From contig OZ231126.1 of NCBI GenBank assembly GCA_965153355.1, positions 22,940,001-23,004,000 on the forward strand: a stretch of 64,000 bases of DNA. Reading direction: 5' to 3'. The stretch comes from Flaccisagitta enflata. Taxonomy: Eukaryota. Position numbers and translations under genes: made by a program. Below are positions 29,439 to 47,237 of the stretch, piece after piece (position 1 is the stretch's first letter; each line of letters starts with the position of its first letter). The notes below the pieces were generated by a model. The model did no database searches and was not told the origin of the DNA. It was given only the letters and a program-made list of their open reading frames with translations.

Positions 29439-30288
29439 TTAAAAAGTGGAGAATAAATGTTTTTTTTTTTAACAGAAAATAGTAAAAATCCTAATATTGG
29501 CCACTCCATATTAGGTAAAAGGGTTGAAAAGAAATAATCAACTTTTGCTATGTTAAGCACCCAATTGTGTCATTCTGTCCCTAATTCTTTTAAGATTTTA
29601 CATCACTGCACGCGACTTTAGTAGCCATGCATCCGATCTTGTTGAATCAATAAAGTAATGAATTTGTTGGTTCAAAAGAGAATAATACAACCATTGATAT
29701 TCATTTCTTTATCTTTCACATAAAATCTATCTTTTAATATGAATTTATTTGTTAAGCAAATCTGAGCATCGAATGTAATCATATACCGATTTGAGATTCA
29801 GAAATGTCACGTCTTTGAAAATGAAATTGCGGCAGTCTGTCCCAAGGCAAGGCGATTTGTATTTGGTGTTGTATTATATTTACAATACATGTAAGTATTG
29901 GGTTTACTAAATACTTACTATGGTTATTGTTATTTTCCCAATACAATACAGTACAACCATTTTTTTTTTTTGAGAAAATCGTGAAACATTGAATAAGAAG
30001 ATTAATAAAAAAAGAACAGACAGAAAGGGATATGATGAGGAAAAAAAATTAATGAAACTAAGGTCAAATACACTAGTGCAAAATGAAAAAAGGGAAGAAC
30101 TGACATATCTATAGTTAGGAAGATGGATATTGGATAAGGAAGATGAAGAGAGATGGATTATGCAGGAAGCAGGATGTGCAAAAAAAGAATTGATAAAAAA
30201 GAAGGGCGGCGGTTTTTAGGATGGAAAGGAAAGATCAATTTTCACACAGATGTAATCCCTCAAATCTAATCCTGGGCCAGTACACTTA

Positions 30289-30334
<46 letters not shown>

Positions 30335-30496
30335 ACACACAAAGAAATTAGTAGGGACTTAAGCGTTCCATGCATTGGAGGCGGGTTTCCGCTCGTAACG
30401 GATCTGTTGGAGCGAGACTCTCCCTTATGTATGACAAGCGGAACAATATCCCTCACTATACCCAAACTGAAAAATATGGAAGAGGGCCATGTCTGC

Positions 30497-30605
30497 ATAT
30501 GTATTTATGTATACATGTATGTATATATGTATGTATGTATGTACGTAAGTATGTACGTATGTATGTATGTATGTATGTATGTATGTATGTATGTATGTAT
30601 GTATG

Positions 30606-30636
<31 letters not shown>

Positions 30637-30762
30637 GTATGTGTGCATGTATGTATGTATGTATGTATGTATGTATGTATGTATGTATGTATGTATGTAT
30701 GTATGTATGTATGTATGTATGTATGTATGTGTGTATGTATGAATGTATGTCTGTATGTATGT
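30497..30762. repeat. (TATG)n microsatellite
   Basis: Direct observation. Confidence 0.95.
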
Positions 30763-31282
30763 AATATACAGGCCTGATTTTAGCGATTTTTTTGACAGAG
30801 TCAGTTGGGCTCGCTCCCCATATTTCGACAGAGCCCGACGGGAAACTATGAGCCCGGTATAAACTGATTTTCCAAATTTTCTAATCATATCAACCTATAT
30901 TTGTTGTGATAGTTATTAATTAGATGATGCAATGATATTATACATTGGGGGGGTCGGTAACAACGAACTTTGGAAATGCCAGTCGGACATATGGCCAAAG
31001 TGTGCACAATAACAATATATAAACACATGTGTTTGGAAAAAGGGGTAACACCATATCATTTACAGTCGTGCCACACCCCCTATTTACATTGTAATAAATA
31101 GGGAGAAGGAAGAGGAAGAGGAAGCTCCTATACTTTACAATGGGAAAGGTAGGGTTGGCACGATTGTAAATGATAAAGTCCCATGAACTTTTCCTTTTAG
31201 TTATTAGGTTGATTTGTGATTGCGCACGGTCTGGTGATATGTCCGATTGGCATTTCCAAAGTAGGTTGATATCGACCCCCCC

Positions 31283-31645
31283 ATTATACATTACGTTCCG
31301 TGAAGCGCCCCAAACTTTGACTATGGCTCTCACCAATCTTACCACAGTTGAGGCTTGTTAAAAAAACATTCCATGCAAAATCTTGGGCCTCTGAGATAGC
31401 AGGAACCTTCGTCAGGGTTAGGTTGAAGTTTGTATTGAATTAGCATTGGAATCAATATTTCTATTATGCAAATTTTGTCTCTGCCATAGGTTTCTATGGA
31501 AACTTCATGGTCACCCTGACAAAGGTTCCTGCTGTACCAGAGGCCTGAAATTTTGCATGGGATGTTTTTTTACCAAGCCTCAACCATGGTAAGATTGGTG
31601 AGAGTCAGCGTCGAAGTTTGGGGCGGTTCATGGGACGTATTATAC
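31283..31645. mobile_element. Foldback element with about 130-bp arms
   Basis: gccccaaactt..ctctcaccaatcttacca..agcaggaacctt.gtcagggt pairs with 31514-31640. Confidence 0.8.
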
Positions 31646-31669
31646 ATGGCCATGACTCTCGTTTGAATA

Positions 31670-32385
31670 ATTCTTTTAAGCTTTTTATCAGAGATGCGTC
31701 AAATGAGTGATCTGAAATCAGTTTTTCCTTAAAGAACATTGTTTGACGTTTTTTGCATCAAAATTTCATAGACTTGGGGCAAATAGTTTTCATTTTATGA
31801 AAATTCAGAGAATGAGCAGTTTCAGGAGTAAAATGTAGGAATATTGTTGTTTGACAAGGCAGCTCCTCTTTAGATTGGTCTCATTTCTAAACGGCTTGAC
31901 CTACAGACGCCAGATTGGTCTCAAATGAAAGATAATCTAATGTAGTTTTAGTTATCGATAAGAGGAAAACAGTCTTGAATCTATTTGTTGTACTTTTAAC
32001 TGAAAAATCCTAGATTAAAGGAATTTTGTCAAAAAAAAAATCGTTGTTAAGAACATGAAACTTAATCTTTTTGCCAATTCAATCACCAACCAAAGAAAAT
32101 ATGAAAAACTACTTCAAATTATCTTTCATTTGAGACCAATCTGGCATATGTAGCTCTACTGGTTTAGAAATGAGAGCAATTTAAAGTTAGACACTTTTGT
32201 AAGCAATGTTTTAATTTCACCTCGGATGTTGATACCAAAATTACTTCAAATTGAGGTTGTAGACAAACTGTTTAACCTAGACCAATAAAATTTTGACACA
32301 AAAGATGTCAAACATAGTACTTAAAGAGAAAATTAATTTCACATCAAGAGAATGAAGCATTGAGGCACAATAGCTTAATACTTTT
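31670..32385. mobile_element. Long AT-rich foldback element (related copy about 44808-45272)
   Basis: Imperfect long arms; internal ccagattggtctcaaatgaaagata present in both orientations. Confidence 0.6.
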
Positions 32386-33211
32386 TTTAGTTGCGTGCAC
32401 GCGACTCTATGACCCACTCTGTCGGTTGGTCTGTTAGTCCGTCGGACGGTCCGTTGGTAACGCTTTGCTTTTTTTCATCGTTTTACGTCGTTTTAAGCCA
32501 TTCTAAGTAATTTCAAGTCATTTTAAGTCATTCTAAGTCATTTTCAGTTACTTTTAGTCATACATGTCATTTTTTCATTTTTTGTTATTTTTGTCATTTT
32601 AAGTTATTATAAGTCACATTAGGTCGTTCTGAGTCATTCTATGTCATTTTAGGTCATTATAAGTCATTTTAAGTCATTTTAAGTCATTCTAAGTCATTCT
32701 AAGTTATTTTTTGGCTTTTGTAGTTTTTGTCATTTTACATCATTAGAAGTCATTTCAAGTCTTTTCAAGTCATCTCAAGTCATTTTAAGTCATTCTCAGT
32801 CATTCTACGCCACTTTAAGTCATTTTATTTCACTTTGTCTGGTTTAGGTCTGGTTTAAGTCTGGTTTAAGTCTGGTTTAGGTCTGGTTTAGGTCAGGTTT
32901 AAGCCTGGTTTATGTCTGTGTTAAGTCTGGATTGATTCTAGTTTAAGTCTGGTTAAAGTCTGGTAAAAGTCTGGTTTATGTCTGGTTTTTGTCTGGATTA
33001 AGTCTGGTTCAAGTCTGCTTTAAGTCTGGTTCAAGTCTTGTTTAAGTCTGGCTCAAGTCTAGTTTAAGCTTGGTCTAAGTTGGTTTAAGTCTGGTTTAAG
33101 TCTGGTTTAGGTTTGGTTAAGGTCTGGTTGTCAAGAAAGAGATACAATAAGGAGTCAGGTGAATTCAGTTATCTTTGTCTCGCACGCAACTTATAGGTGT
33201 TGGCCTTGTTT
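32382..33211 (+). mobile_element. Family A variant with internal 10-bp and 11-bp tandem arrays
   Basis: ttttagttgcgtgcacgcgactctat ... (aagtcattct)n, (aagtctggttt)n ... ggccttgtt. Confidence 0.75.
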
Positions 33212-33483
33212 CAGTTGAGATTGATGACCCTGTAGTCACTAATTGTATGGGTCAATATGTGAAATGCTAAAAAAATGACTCAAAATGGGAACCGTTTTAC
33301 TCCATTGGCTTCAGCGCTTCAAATCTATCCCAATGAGAGAGAGCCTGCCGCACTCAGAGCTGGAAAAATAAAAGAGCCCGAGAGCAAATCAGAGCGCACC
33401 GGGCTCACGGGCTCGCAATAAAATCAGGCCTGTTAAGTATGTATGCATGTATGTTTCTAATTTTGTATGTAAGTTAGTATGTA

Positions 33484-34079
33484 CTACCTAGGAAATAATT
33501 ATAGCACCAACCGAGGGATAGTTCAATTTTTCATCCTAATATCACATGAAACATTCCGCCAATAGTATTTATATTTCATATAACCTTTTTCTTAACTGAA
33601 TTATCCAATTTCATCACTGGGAGGCAATTTGTGAACCATTATTTACTTATAATCATACTGTTATTCCACTGCTTTTGATGGACAATTGTAGACTGATTAT
33701 TTTAAAGATATATTTGTACTTTTTTGCTTGTCATTTCTAAACGGATAAAGCTACAGCAACCAGATTGCGCTCATCTTGTAGATTTTTTGACATAGATTAA
33801 TTTGCTCTCTAGCATTTCTGGAAGCCGAGATAATCTAATTTTAAGGTGTCTCTAATTCACCCTCATTCTTACTTGATCAATTATTTTGCAAATTCCAAAA
33901 TGACTGTTTTTACTCTTTTTGTTGTCATTTTTTAATGAAAAAAGGTACAGATACCAGATTGCACTCATCTTGAAGATTTTTCGATGTAGATTAAATTCTT
34001 TTTTTAAAAAAGTATCTAGCTTTTCTTGAAGCGGAGATATTTTAAGTTGAAGTTGGTGCTATATTTATTTCCTAGGTAG
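33484..34079. mobile_element. TA-flanked MITE
   Basis: 28-bp TIR ctacctaggaaataa(t/a)tatagcaccaac with one mismatch. Confidence 0.85.
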
Positions 34080-35355
34080 TATGCCCCAAATAAACAAGCT
34101 TTTCTACTCTGCTGAGTCTGCATACAAGATTCAGTCAATGAAGTTACAAAATCACATTTAAAAAGAATTGATCTTTTTTATCTTCTTAATAAACCCGGGA
34201 ATATCAATTGTTTTTGGTCATGATTTTCAATGACATGAATACAATATCAATCCAATGATGAAATTGATTTTTCTAACATTATTCAAGAAAAATCACTTGA
34301 ATCTCGTCGCTATTTACGCTCAAACACGTCTACTATCTTGGCGGAAAGAAACACAACGCCAAACGCCAAAGCTTAAAGAAACGATAGAAACTGGTAAAAT
34401 CAAATCAATCTATATCAAAAATCAGAAACAAGAAAGACAATCTAGTCTCTGTAACTCAACCCATTTAGAAATGGCAAGGAAAAGAAAAGCAATTCAATTT
34501 TCCTATCATTTTTCAAAAATGGAACATTTTCTTCCTTAAGATATTTTGACTTTTAGAGAGGCTGGAAACTGATGGGGCGTAAAACTGAGAAAACATTGAC
34601 AAGCCAATTTCGCGTAACCATCCTCCCCACCTACAGACTACTGAAACATCCTCTGATACTATCTAGAGCAAAAGTATGGAAACACTTAAGTAAATGCATA
34701 GCTTATGCAAAAATTTTCAGTAAAAAAACCTCAAGAATATATCGGATACCTATTTTAAGATTTTAGAGGTTCAACAAGTCATTGAGTATGGGTTTTTGAA
34801 CAGTTTCAAATGAATGATAGAGCTAAACACATTATGTATCTTTCTTTCCATGAAAACTGTTTTGGATCATTCTTTAGTCTATATTTTATATTTTTTTTAG
34901 TTTTTTTTTGCAACCACAGTGATTCAGTGGGGTTGGAATCAGCCAATAAAATACAATGAGTCTATGGCACTGTAGAAGGGTCCAAAACTTAGATGAAAAA
35001 AACCTTCAATTTATCTTTAAAATGATATTATCATTTGAAGCAGCTCTTAGTAAAATTCTTTATATTATTCAGTTGAGGTACCTGTTTTGTTTTGCTTGTC
35101 ATTTCTAAACAGCTTGAGCTAGACAAATGCGGTTTGTGGTATCAGGTCAGAAATTTAAGAAAAATTCAGAATTTCACTTATTTTGATATAAATTTGTTAT
35201 TTTAAGCAGAGTTATAGCTATAAATGCGTGTTTCCATACTTATGCTCTAGATATTAGAGTCGCTTAGCGAGTGATTAAATAGAGAGTCTCAACAGGTTAA
35301 AAGAAGGAGTCCTTCTTCAGTTTTCACTTATATCTTTGATCTTTGTTTGTGAAAA

Positions 35356-35440
35356 ATGGAGCAAGTGTCTAATCGGCTGGTGATTGTATTCACGCTCTAT
35401 GCATTGACGGTTGTCGGGACCGTTTTGTGTAAGACTTTGG
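35356..35440 (+). CDS. Exon 1: signal peptide MEQVSNRLVIVFTLYALTVVGTVLCKTL
   Basis: AAAAATGG start context, hydrophobic core, consensus donor G|GTAAGT at 35441, phase 1 matching the next exon. Confidence 0.8.
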
Positions 35441-35839
35441 GTAAGTGTTTCCCTGTTTGCTTGCTGTTTTCGTCTCTCTCAATATGATCGACAACCACTT
35501 CTTTTACTCAACATCAAAAAGTTGACTTACGTACTATTTTCTGCTTTGATACATAAAGAGTAAAATATAATGTCTGGCTCAATGGTACTGTAGCGCCATT
35601 GACGCGCGTCGAAAGATTTTTAGATTCAATGATTTTAAAACTTTTCTCTATAGTTGCGTGTCCGCAGCTCTATAAGAGGCTTTGTCCGTCCGTTGGTCTG
35701 TCTGTTAATCCATTGATCCATTGGTCCGTTATGATTAATAATTGAGTTGAATTTTGGGCAGCGGCTCCGAAGGGGATGAAGTCCTGTGGAACACAGAGAG
35801 AGAGAGAGAGACGTGAGAGAGAGGGAGAGAGAGAGAGAA

Positions 35840-35930
<91 letters not shown>

Positions 35931-36745
35931 GAGAGTGTGAAAATCAGCATTCTCAGCTTTCGAATACCACAGAACTTGAAATGTTCACTAATTTTAGCAA
36001 TTCACTTAAAGTCTTTTTTTAGTCGCGTGCTACAGTGTAGAGTCTACACCCCGCTTTGTCGGTCCGTTGGTCCGTTGGTCCATCCGTCGGTCCATCGGTC
36101 CGTCCGTAACACTTTACTTTTGTTTTTTTTTGTGGTTTTTGGCCTCACTGCTCCCGCCCAAATGATCAAGTGACCTCAAATATGGCCACTGCCCCCCCCC
36201 CCCCCCGCACGCGACTGGGGTAGCCGTGTATCCGGCCTTGTTTTCTTTTTAGTCGCTGACACATGAATCTACAACTTGCCATGTTGGTCCTTGGGTCCAT
36301 AGGTCTATAACATTATTGAATTGCAAGTGGTTTTTGCATTTCTGCCCATGCCCAACTATTTGGCCTTGTTTTTTAAATTTGAAAAAAAATCTATCAAAAT
36401 GAATATCATGAAGAAGTTGAAAAAAAAAAAGGATGAAACAAAAAAAATAATAATCAAGAATGAAAGATGAAAAATAGTGAAATTTGGAGAAAAAAAACAT
36501 CGCGATCCACAATACTTGTGACAGCCACTGTTTTTTTTTTTTGGGGGGGGGCGGGTATCTCGAGATGTAAAACACCCCTAAAATGATGAAATATTTACAT
36601 TTTCTATTGGTGCAGTCTGTTATATAATGATACATGGCATGTTGGTAACCATAGTAGCATGCGGATGGGCAAGGGCATTGATGCAGGACCTCTACACTCT
36701 AAGCAGGCTTGCCCATTCAAGCCTTATCAATTTCCTTCTTTATAG

Positions 36746-36868
36746 GAGAGTTCATCTGCGATGTTGAACCGAATATCAAATTCTATGGCAATGACATCAA
36801 GAAGTAGTATGATGTTTCGTCACACCAGGATTGCCAGAAAATTTGCATTGGATTGGATGAATGTAATG
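36746..36868 (+). CDS. Exon 2: first half of PAN/apple domain, with premature stop
   Basis: Acceptor tttccttctttatag; reads (G)EFICDVEPNIKFYGNDIKK*YDVSSHQDCQKICIGLDECN; donor g|gtaatt. The C...GND...CxxxC.....C spacing is PAN-like. Confidence 0.8.
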
Positions 36869-37670
36869 GTAATTTAGCTTAATTTCTTGAATGAATGGGA
36901 CTTTATTTGTCCTGGAATGATAATTACAACAGATGTGGAACTCGGCTAGAGTTATATACTACAAGATGAGATGAGTTGCTGTTTAATCAATCAAAAAGAA
37001 TTGAGTGGTTGACAGGCTTAAGACCACATTCCAATATAGAGGTTACCACACGGATCAAAAAAAAAAAAAAAAAAAAAAAAAGACGCAATTTTGAATGGCT
37101 AATTTTGCCTATAATTTTCAAGGAAACAAAGTAAAATTCTAGATTGCCCTTCGAAAGCACTTTAATTTGGCACCAATCCGGGATTGCTATCTTTTTTTGT
37201 TTAGAAATGGCATTACTTTGAATAAAAACATTGCAATCGCAATTCTTAAATAAAAAGTGCATTTCAGCAAATCAGTGCTTCTCTTTGCAGGGCTCTAGCT
37301 TCTTAACCGTTTGAGATACAGACAGGGGATTGGTCTAGATTAAAAGATCTATTCAAAAATAGTAAGAATTGTTTTTTGTAACTGTTTTATCGACTAATCA
37401 GCAGGTGTGTCTTTTTTTTTATCCAAGTGGTATTGCTCAGAAAGACTTCAGAGTTGACAGAAGATTCTACATATGGAGAAGACTAATTTTTGACAAAGCG
37501 CATAATTTCTTAGCCGTTGTAGGAGTAGATTTTCCTTACTGCTTTGTTGATTGCGGTGTTGCAATCGCGGAAATCTTTGCTGGAGAATCTTATAGTCGTG
37601 GCTCCGTTGGATAGTATGGGGATACAGTGTGAGTCTTCAATATTCAATAATTCATTGATCATTACAACAG

Positions 37671-37772
37671 GGTATACTTGGGTTGCACAATACAAACATT
37701 GCTTTCCAAAGACACAACTGAAGGGACGACAGTACGTTGAAGGACGTTACAGTGGTAGATGTTATGTTCCAG
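37671..37772 (+). CDS. Exon 3: second half of PAN/apple domain
   Basis: Acceptor acaacag; reads (G)YTWVAQYKHCFPKTQLKGRQYVEGRYSGRCYVP; donor cag|gtatac. Completes the YTW...CxxK...SGxC pattern in frame with exon 2. Confidence 0.8.
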
Positions 37773-37827
37773 GTATACACACCCAGTGCCCATGAAGCGG
37801 AAAGCATACCATTTAGTGGTGGCTCTC

Positions 37828-38500
37828 CTTTCGGGAAGCGGCCCCAAAGGGGTCAATGACCTATGTTTTCACACATATGGGGAATTTTCTCCTTCTTTTT
37901 CTTCTCCGTCCGTTGGTCCCCCCCCCCAAACCCTAGCCTCCAGGCCCAAATCCCAGCCTCGAGGCTCAAATCCCAGCCTCAATGCCCAAATCCCATCCTT
38001 GAGGCTCAAACCACATTCTTGAGGCTCAGATCTCATCCCCAAGGCCCAAATCCAATCCTGGAGGCCCAAATCCAATACTGGAGGCCCAAATCTCAGCCTT
38101 GAGGCCCAAATCCCAGCCTCAATACTCAAATCCCAACTTTGAGGCTCAAATCCCAACCTTGAGGCCCCAATCCCAGCTCAAGGCCCCAATCCCAGCCTCA
38201 ACGCCCAAATATCAGCCTTTAGGCCCAAATCCTGGCCTCCTGACCCACATCCTAGCGTGCAGGCCCAAATTTGACCCTCCAGGCCCAAATATCAGCCTTC
38301 AGGCCTAGTCCCCTAAATCTCCGCCTAAAGACCCAAATCTCAATTGCCAGGAGGAGAAGGCGAAAATTACCCATATGTGTGAAAGCAAAGGTCATCGACC
38401 CCTTCGGTGCCGCTGCCCTGCTCCCTCCTTCAACTTCAAGCACAACCTGCCTAAGCAGGGCACGGGTACCGCTGACCATCTAACGCTTTTGCGACTATTT
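37828..38500 (+). mobile_element. Family B element (cacacatatgggg subfamily)
   Basis: About 55-bp subterminal IR, about 21-bp internal repeats, 3' tail ending ttttgcgactatt; related copies 38817-41516 and 55030-55568 (-). Confidence 0.8.
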
Positions 38501-39385
38501 CTTTTTCTTTTTCTTGTTTCTTCTTCCCTTTCCTTTCTCCTCTTATTTTTTTCTTTTCTCATCTCCCTTTCTTCTTTTTCTCCCCCCTCCTTCTTTTTAG
38601 TTGCGGACACGCAACTCTATAAGAGGCTTTGTCCATCCGTCCGTCGGTTGGTCCGTCTGTCCGTTGGTCCACAATGATTGAGTCGAAAAGTGGGAAAACG
38701 CGCATTTCCGCCCCTGCCCACCCGTCCGCAACTGATGGCCGTGTATCCGGCTATGTGTCCCCCCTTCTTCTCCTCAAAGCGGGAGGCCCCCAAAGCGCGA
38801 GGCCTATGGCCGTGGCTTTTTTGGGCAGTGGCCCCGAAGGGGTCGATGACCTACGCTTTCACACATATGGGGAATTTCCTCCTCCTCCTTCTCTTCTCCT
38901 TCTCCTTCTCCTTCTCCGTCCCCCCCCCCCGACCCACATCCTACTAACTAAGCCGGATTAACAAGGCGCGGGGCCCTAAGCTTAGCTAGGGGCGCGGGGC
39001 CCCCCTCAATGTGATCTTTTTTTACATTTCTAGATATAGTTTTGTAACAAAGTTTTTAGCTTGAAATATGAATTAATAAAGAGCGTAGATAGAAACAGTG
39101 ATGTACAATGACTATTTCAAAGTTCAAAATGAATTTAAAGAAATAAAACAACAATACAAAAAAAAGTAAAAAGAATTAAAAAGTGATTGAGCATTATTAA
39201 ATCCATTCATGAAAAAAATATTTGTAAAAGTTTTAAAAGGATTTGTGGTATTTTTCTCTGAAAGCAAGAATGGTCCAGTTTCATGACTATGACCATATTT
39301 TTTTCTTGAAATTATTATTCTTATGAGAAAAAAGATTTATTCTAAACTATTGGAGTCACTTATACTATGTTATACTTATCTGGTA

Positions 39386-39912
39386 GTTTTTAGTCGCGTG
39401 AACGCAACTCTAGAAGCTGCTATGTTGGTCAGTCGGTCTGTCGGTCCATTGGTCGGTTGGTCCGTAACTTTTTTTAAATATAGGCTTTATAGTCGTTTTA
39501 AAGGTTATTGAAGGTTATTAAAGGTAATCATAGGTATTTTTTGGTAATCATAGGTAATTATAGGTAATTATAGGTAATTTTAGGTAATTATAGGTAAATA
39601 TAGGTATTTTAGTAATTTGTATCATAAGTCAGAAAAGTTGTCTCAGACTATAAATTGAGGTAATTGTAGGAAATATAGATAATAATGGGTAATTATGGGT
39701 GATTATAGATAATTTATGGTAATTCAATGTAATTGTAGGTAATTATAGGTATTTACAGGTAGTTGTAGGTAAATGTGGGTAATTATAGGAAGATATAGGT
39801 ACTTAGTTATCTTCATTATCTTTATTATCTTTATTACCTTAATTACCTTATTTACCTTATTTACCTTAATTACCTTTATTACCACGTGACTAAGGTTTGT
39901 TGACCTTGTTTT
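39386..39912 (+). mobile_element. Family A variant with (taggtaatta)n arrays (related copy 45303-45830, -)
   Basis: ttttagtcgcgtgaacgcaactctagaagc ... taaggtttgttgaccttgtt. Confidence 0.75.
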
Positions 39913-40316
39913 TTTTTCAAAGCTCAATGTTCATGGAACTTCATGCTTGTTGTTTCAAGATGATTTCAGCAATAGAGATCACAAGAAAGTTGCACCCTCT
40001 TTTTTATTGGTATCTTTTATTACTAGACTGTCAGCTGATTTATCACAATATATAATTATTAAAATGTTATTATGAAATTTTTGAAATATCTATGACAAAT
40101 CTTTATTCAAATTTCAATCTATTATTCTATTTCCTTGTTGGAAGATTACAGTAGTTGAAAAATGTCACTTTTATTTGCTTCTGCAAGAATAAATTGTCAT
40201 GCTTTAATATTTTAATATTTTTTCTTTTGCATATTTTTTCTACTTGTTTTTTTTTTTCAAATTTTTTTAGCAGGGGGCGAGGGGCCCCCCTGAGGCGCGG
40301 GGCCCTAAACTTAAGC

Positions 40317-41032
40317 TTTTTGGGCAGCAGCCCCGAAGGGGATGAAGTCCTGTAGAACACAGGGGGACTTTCGTTCGTCCGTCATTCCGTGTGTTCGTCC
40401 CCCCCCCCGCCCCCTCATCAGGCCCTTCAGGCCTCAAATCTGGCCTCTGAGACCTTAAATCTGGCCTTTGAGACCTCAAATCCAGCCTCTCAGGCCTCAA
40501 ATCCAGCCTCTCAGGCCTCAAGACCAGCCTCTCAGGCCTAAAATCCAGCCTCTCAGGCCTAAAATCCAGCCTCTCAGGCCTAAAATCCAGCCTCTCAGGC
40601 CTCAAATCCAGCCTCTCAGGCCTCAAATCCAGCCTCTCAGGCCTCAAATTAGGTTTCCCAGACCTCAAACCTGGCCTCTCAGGCATCAAATTAGGCCTCT
40701 CAGGCCTCAAATTAGACCTCTCAGGCCTCTGACCTTTCAAGCCTTAATCCAGCTCTCTCAAGCCTCAAGTCAGCCCTCTCAAGCTTCCAATTGGCATTCT
40801 CAGGCCCTACATCAGCCTTCTAAGACCTCAGTTTAGGCTCTTCAAGGCTTTCAGTCAGCACTCTCAGCATCTCATCCACTTCCTAAGACAGGACGAACGA
40901 AAGTCCCCCTGTGTTTTACAGGACTTCGTCCCCTTCAGGGCCGCTGCCCTGCTTCCCCTCACTCCAATTCACAATCACTCAAAGCAGGGCAACGGGTATC
41001 GCTGACCACATATTGCCCTTGGGCGACCTGTT
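40317..41032 (+). mobile_element. Family B element
   Basis: About 58-bp subterminal IR, 21-bp array (cagcctctcaggcctcaaatc)n, tail ending gggcgacctgtt. Confidence 0.85.
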
Positions 41033-41903
41033 AAGCCTACTTCTTAATCCGGCATAGCCTACTAAGAGGCCCATATCCCAGTCTCGAGGCCTAAATCCCA
41101 GCCTCAAGGTCTAAATCTTATCCTTGAGGCCCAAATCCCATTCTTTAGGCCAAAATTCCATTCTTGAGGTCCAAATCCCGGCCTCAAGGCCCAAATCCGA
41201 GTTTGAGGTCCAAATCCCAGCCTCAAGGCCCAAATCCCAGCCTCAAGGCCCTAATCCCCCTAAATCCTAGCCCCAAGGCCAAAATCCCTGTCTTAAGGCC
41301 CAAATCCCCGCCCAAAATGCCAGCCCCAAGGCCTAAATCCAAGCCCTAAGGCCCCAATCCCAATTGCTAGAAGGAGGAGAAAATTCCTCAAATGTGTGAA
41401 AGCATAGGTCATCGACCCCTTCCGGGCTGCTGCCCTGCTCCCTCCATCAACCCTAATCACAACCTACTTGGGCAGGGCACGGGTACAGCTGACCATTGAC
41501 GCTTTTGCGACTATTAGTCTTTAGGTTGATCTAGGCTGAATTATCAGAAAAAAGTTGAATCATGTAATTCGACTTTTTGAAACATGGGGAGAATCGGTTT
41601 TTCCATTTTCGATTTGAGGCACTTGCCTGGGATGATACATTTTTTTATATTCACAGCTAGGAAAAAGTAAAATGTTTTCTTTCAAATGACATCAACCAGA
41701 GTGCTCTAGGATCAATATTTTTCCAGCTATGATTTCTTGAATCTTTTTTTATTTTTGAGTATTTTTGCAAAATTTGATATTTTATATTGATCTACATTTT
41801 CAACCTTATGTGACAATACAGAGAAATAAAGATGTTTCGCAAATTGACACTAATTTTCATGAGCTGGCTTTGACATTTTACTCGACTAGAGCGAGAGAGA
41901 GAG

Positions 41904-43191
<1,288 letters not shown>

Positions 43192-43341
43192 AGAGAAAAA
43201 GAGAAAAAAAAACAAGTCATCCAAGGATCCCACATGGTCAGCAGTACCCGATGCCCTGCTTTGAGTGATCAGCTTAAAAAATGGAGTGAGAGCAGGGCAG
43301 CGGCCCCAAAGGGCCAATGTCCTGTTGGATACAGGGGTGAA

Positions 43342-46272
<2,931 letters not shown>

Positions 46273-46678
46273 TGGGTGAATTTCTTTACATCCTGAGAAG
46301 GCATATTTCCGGCTTTTGGGGCAATTTTCCATGATATTCAATGGCAGTCATAAATTGTTTTTTAATTTTTCATGCTATTCAATGAGAATTTCATGTTATT
46401 CAATGAGAATTTCATGTTTTTCTTGTTTTCTTATCAATTTTCCATGTTACTCAATTGGGATCTCACATTACTTTCATTTTTGCTTATTTTCCATATTATT
46501 TGATGGGAAATTTGTATTTTTCTGTTTTTTTTTTGTTTTTTTTTTGTAAATTTTCCTCGTTATTCAATGGGAAGTTTGCATTTTGTTATTTTCCCATGTT
46601 ATTCTATGGAATTTTGAGAATAGAAAAACTTGGGTGGATGTACGTATGGACGTACGGATGGACAGATGTAAGGAAGTT

Positions 46679-46824
<146 letters not shown>

Positions 46825-46865
46825 GAGACAGACAGACAGACAGACAGAGAGACAGACAGAGACAC

Positions 46866-46960
<95 letters not shown>

Positions 46961-46980
46961 GACAGAGAGAGAGAGAGACA

Positions 46981-47014
<34 letters not shown>

Positions 47015-47237
47015 AGGAGAGAGAGAGGACAGAGCACGGCCCGACAAAATTTTTAGTTGCCTACAAGCGAGATTTTTCTACTGACTCCTGCCTACAACAA
47101 ATTTGCACCAATCTTCATGTAGTGATATCCTAGATATAATGAATATTAAAACAAAAAACAATCTTTTATTGTAATATGACAGTATGTTTATAATTTTCAT
47201 AATATTTTTCATATTATTCATATATATTTAAACTTTC

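Larger units (their letters stand above)
30769..33432. mobile_element. hAT-like MITE in (TATG)n, with nested foldbacks and a HINE
   Basis: TIRs caggcctgatttta ... taaaatcaggcctg; (TATG)n on both flanks; TSD degenerate. Confidence 0.7.
38948..41057. mobile_element. hAT-like MITE nested in a family B element
   Basis: TIR cta(a/t)gccggattaa; perfect 8-bp TSD cctactaa; subterminal ggcgcggggccc repeats. Confidence 0.88.

Noticed and set aside
32490..33130. Regular repeats considered as a CRISPR-like array
   Set aside because: Contiguous 10-11 bp units with no unique spacers and no cas genes, in a eukaryotic TE context.
37544..37795. 83-aa ORF taken as one exon, or a 42-nt mini-intron at 37629-37670
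   Set aside because: Only 37671-37772 fits the PAN pattern and splices in phase with exon 2; the upstream part is best read as intron.
40267..40836. 7-residue repeat ORFs (RPERLDL / QPLRPQI); similar at 47218-47620 and 37863-38308
   Set aside because: They come from 21-bp internal arrays of family B elements, open in several frames and on both strands.
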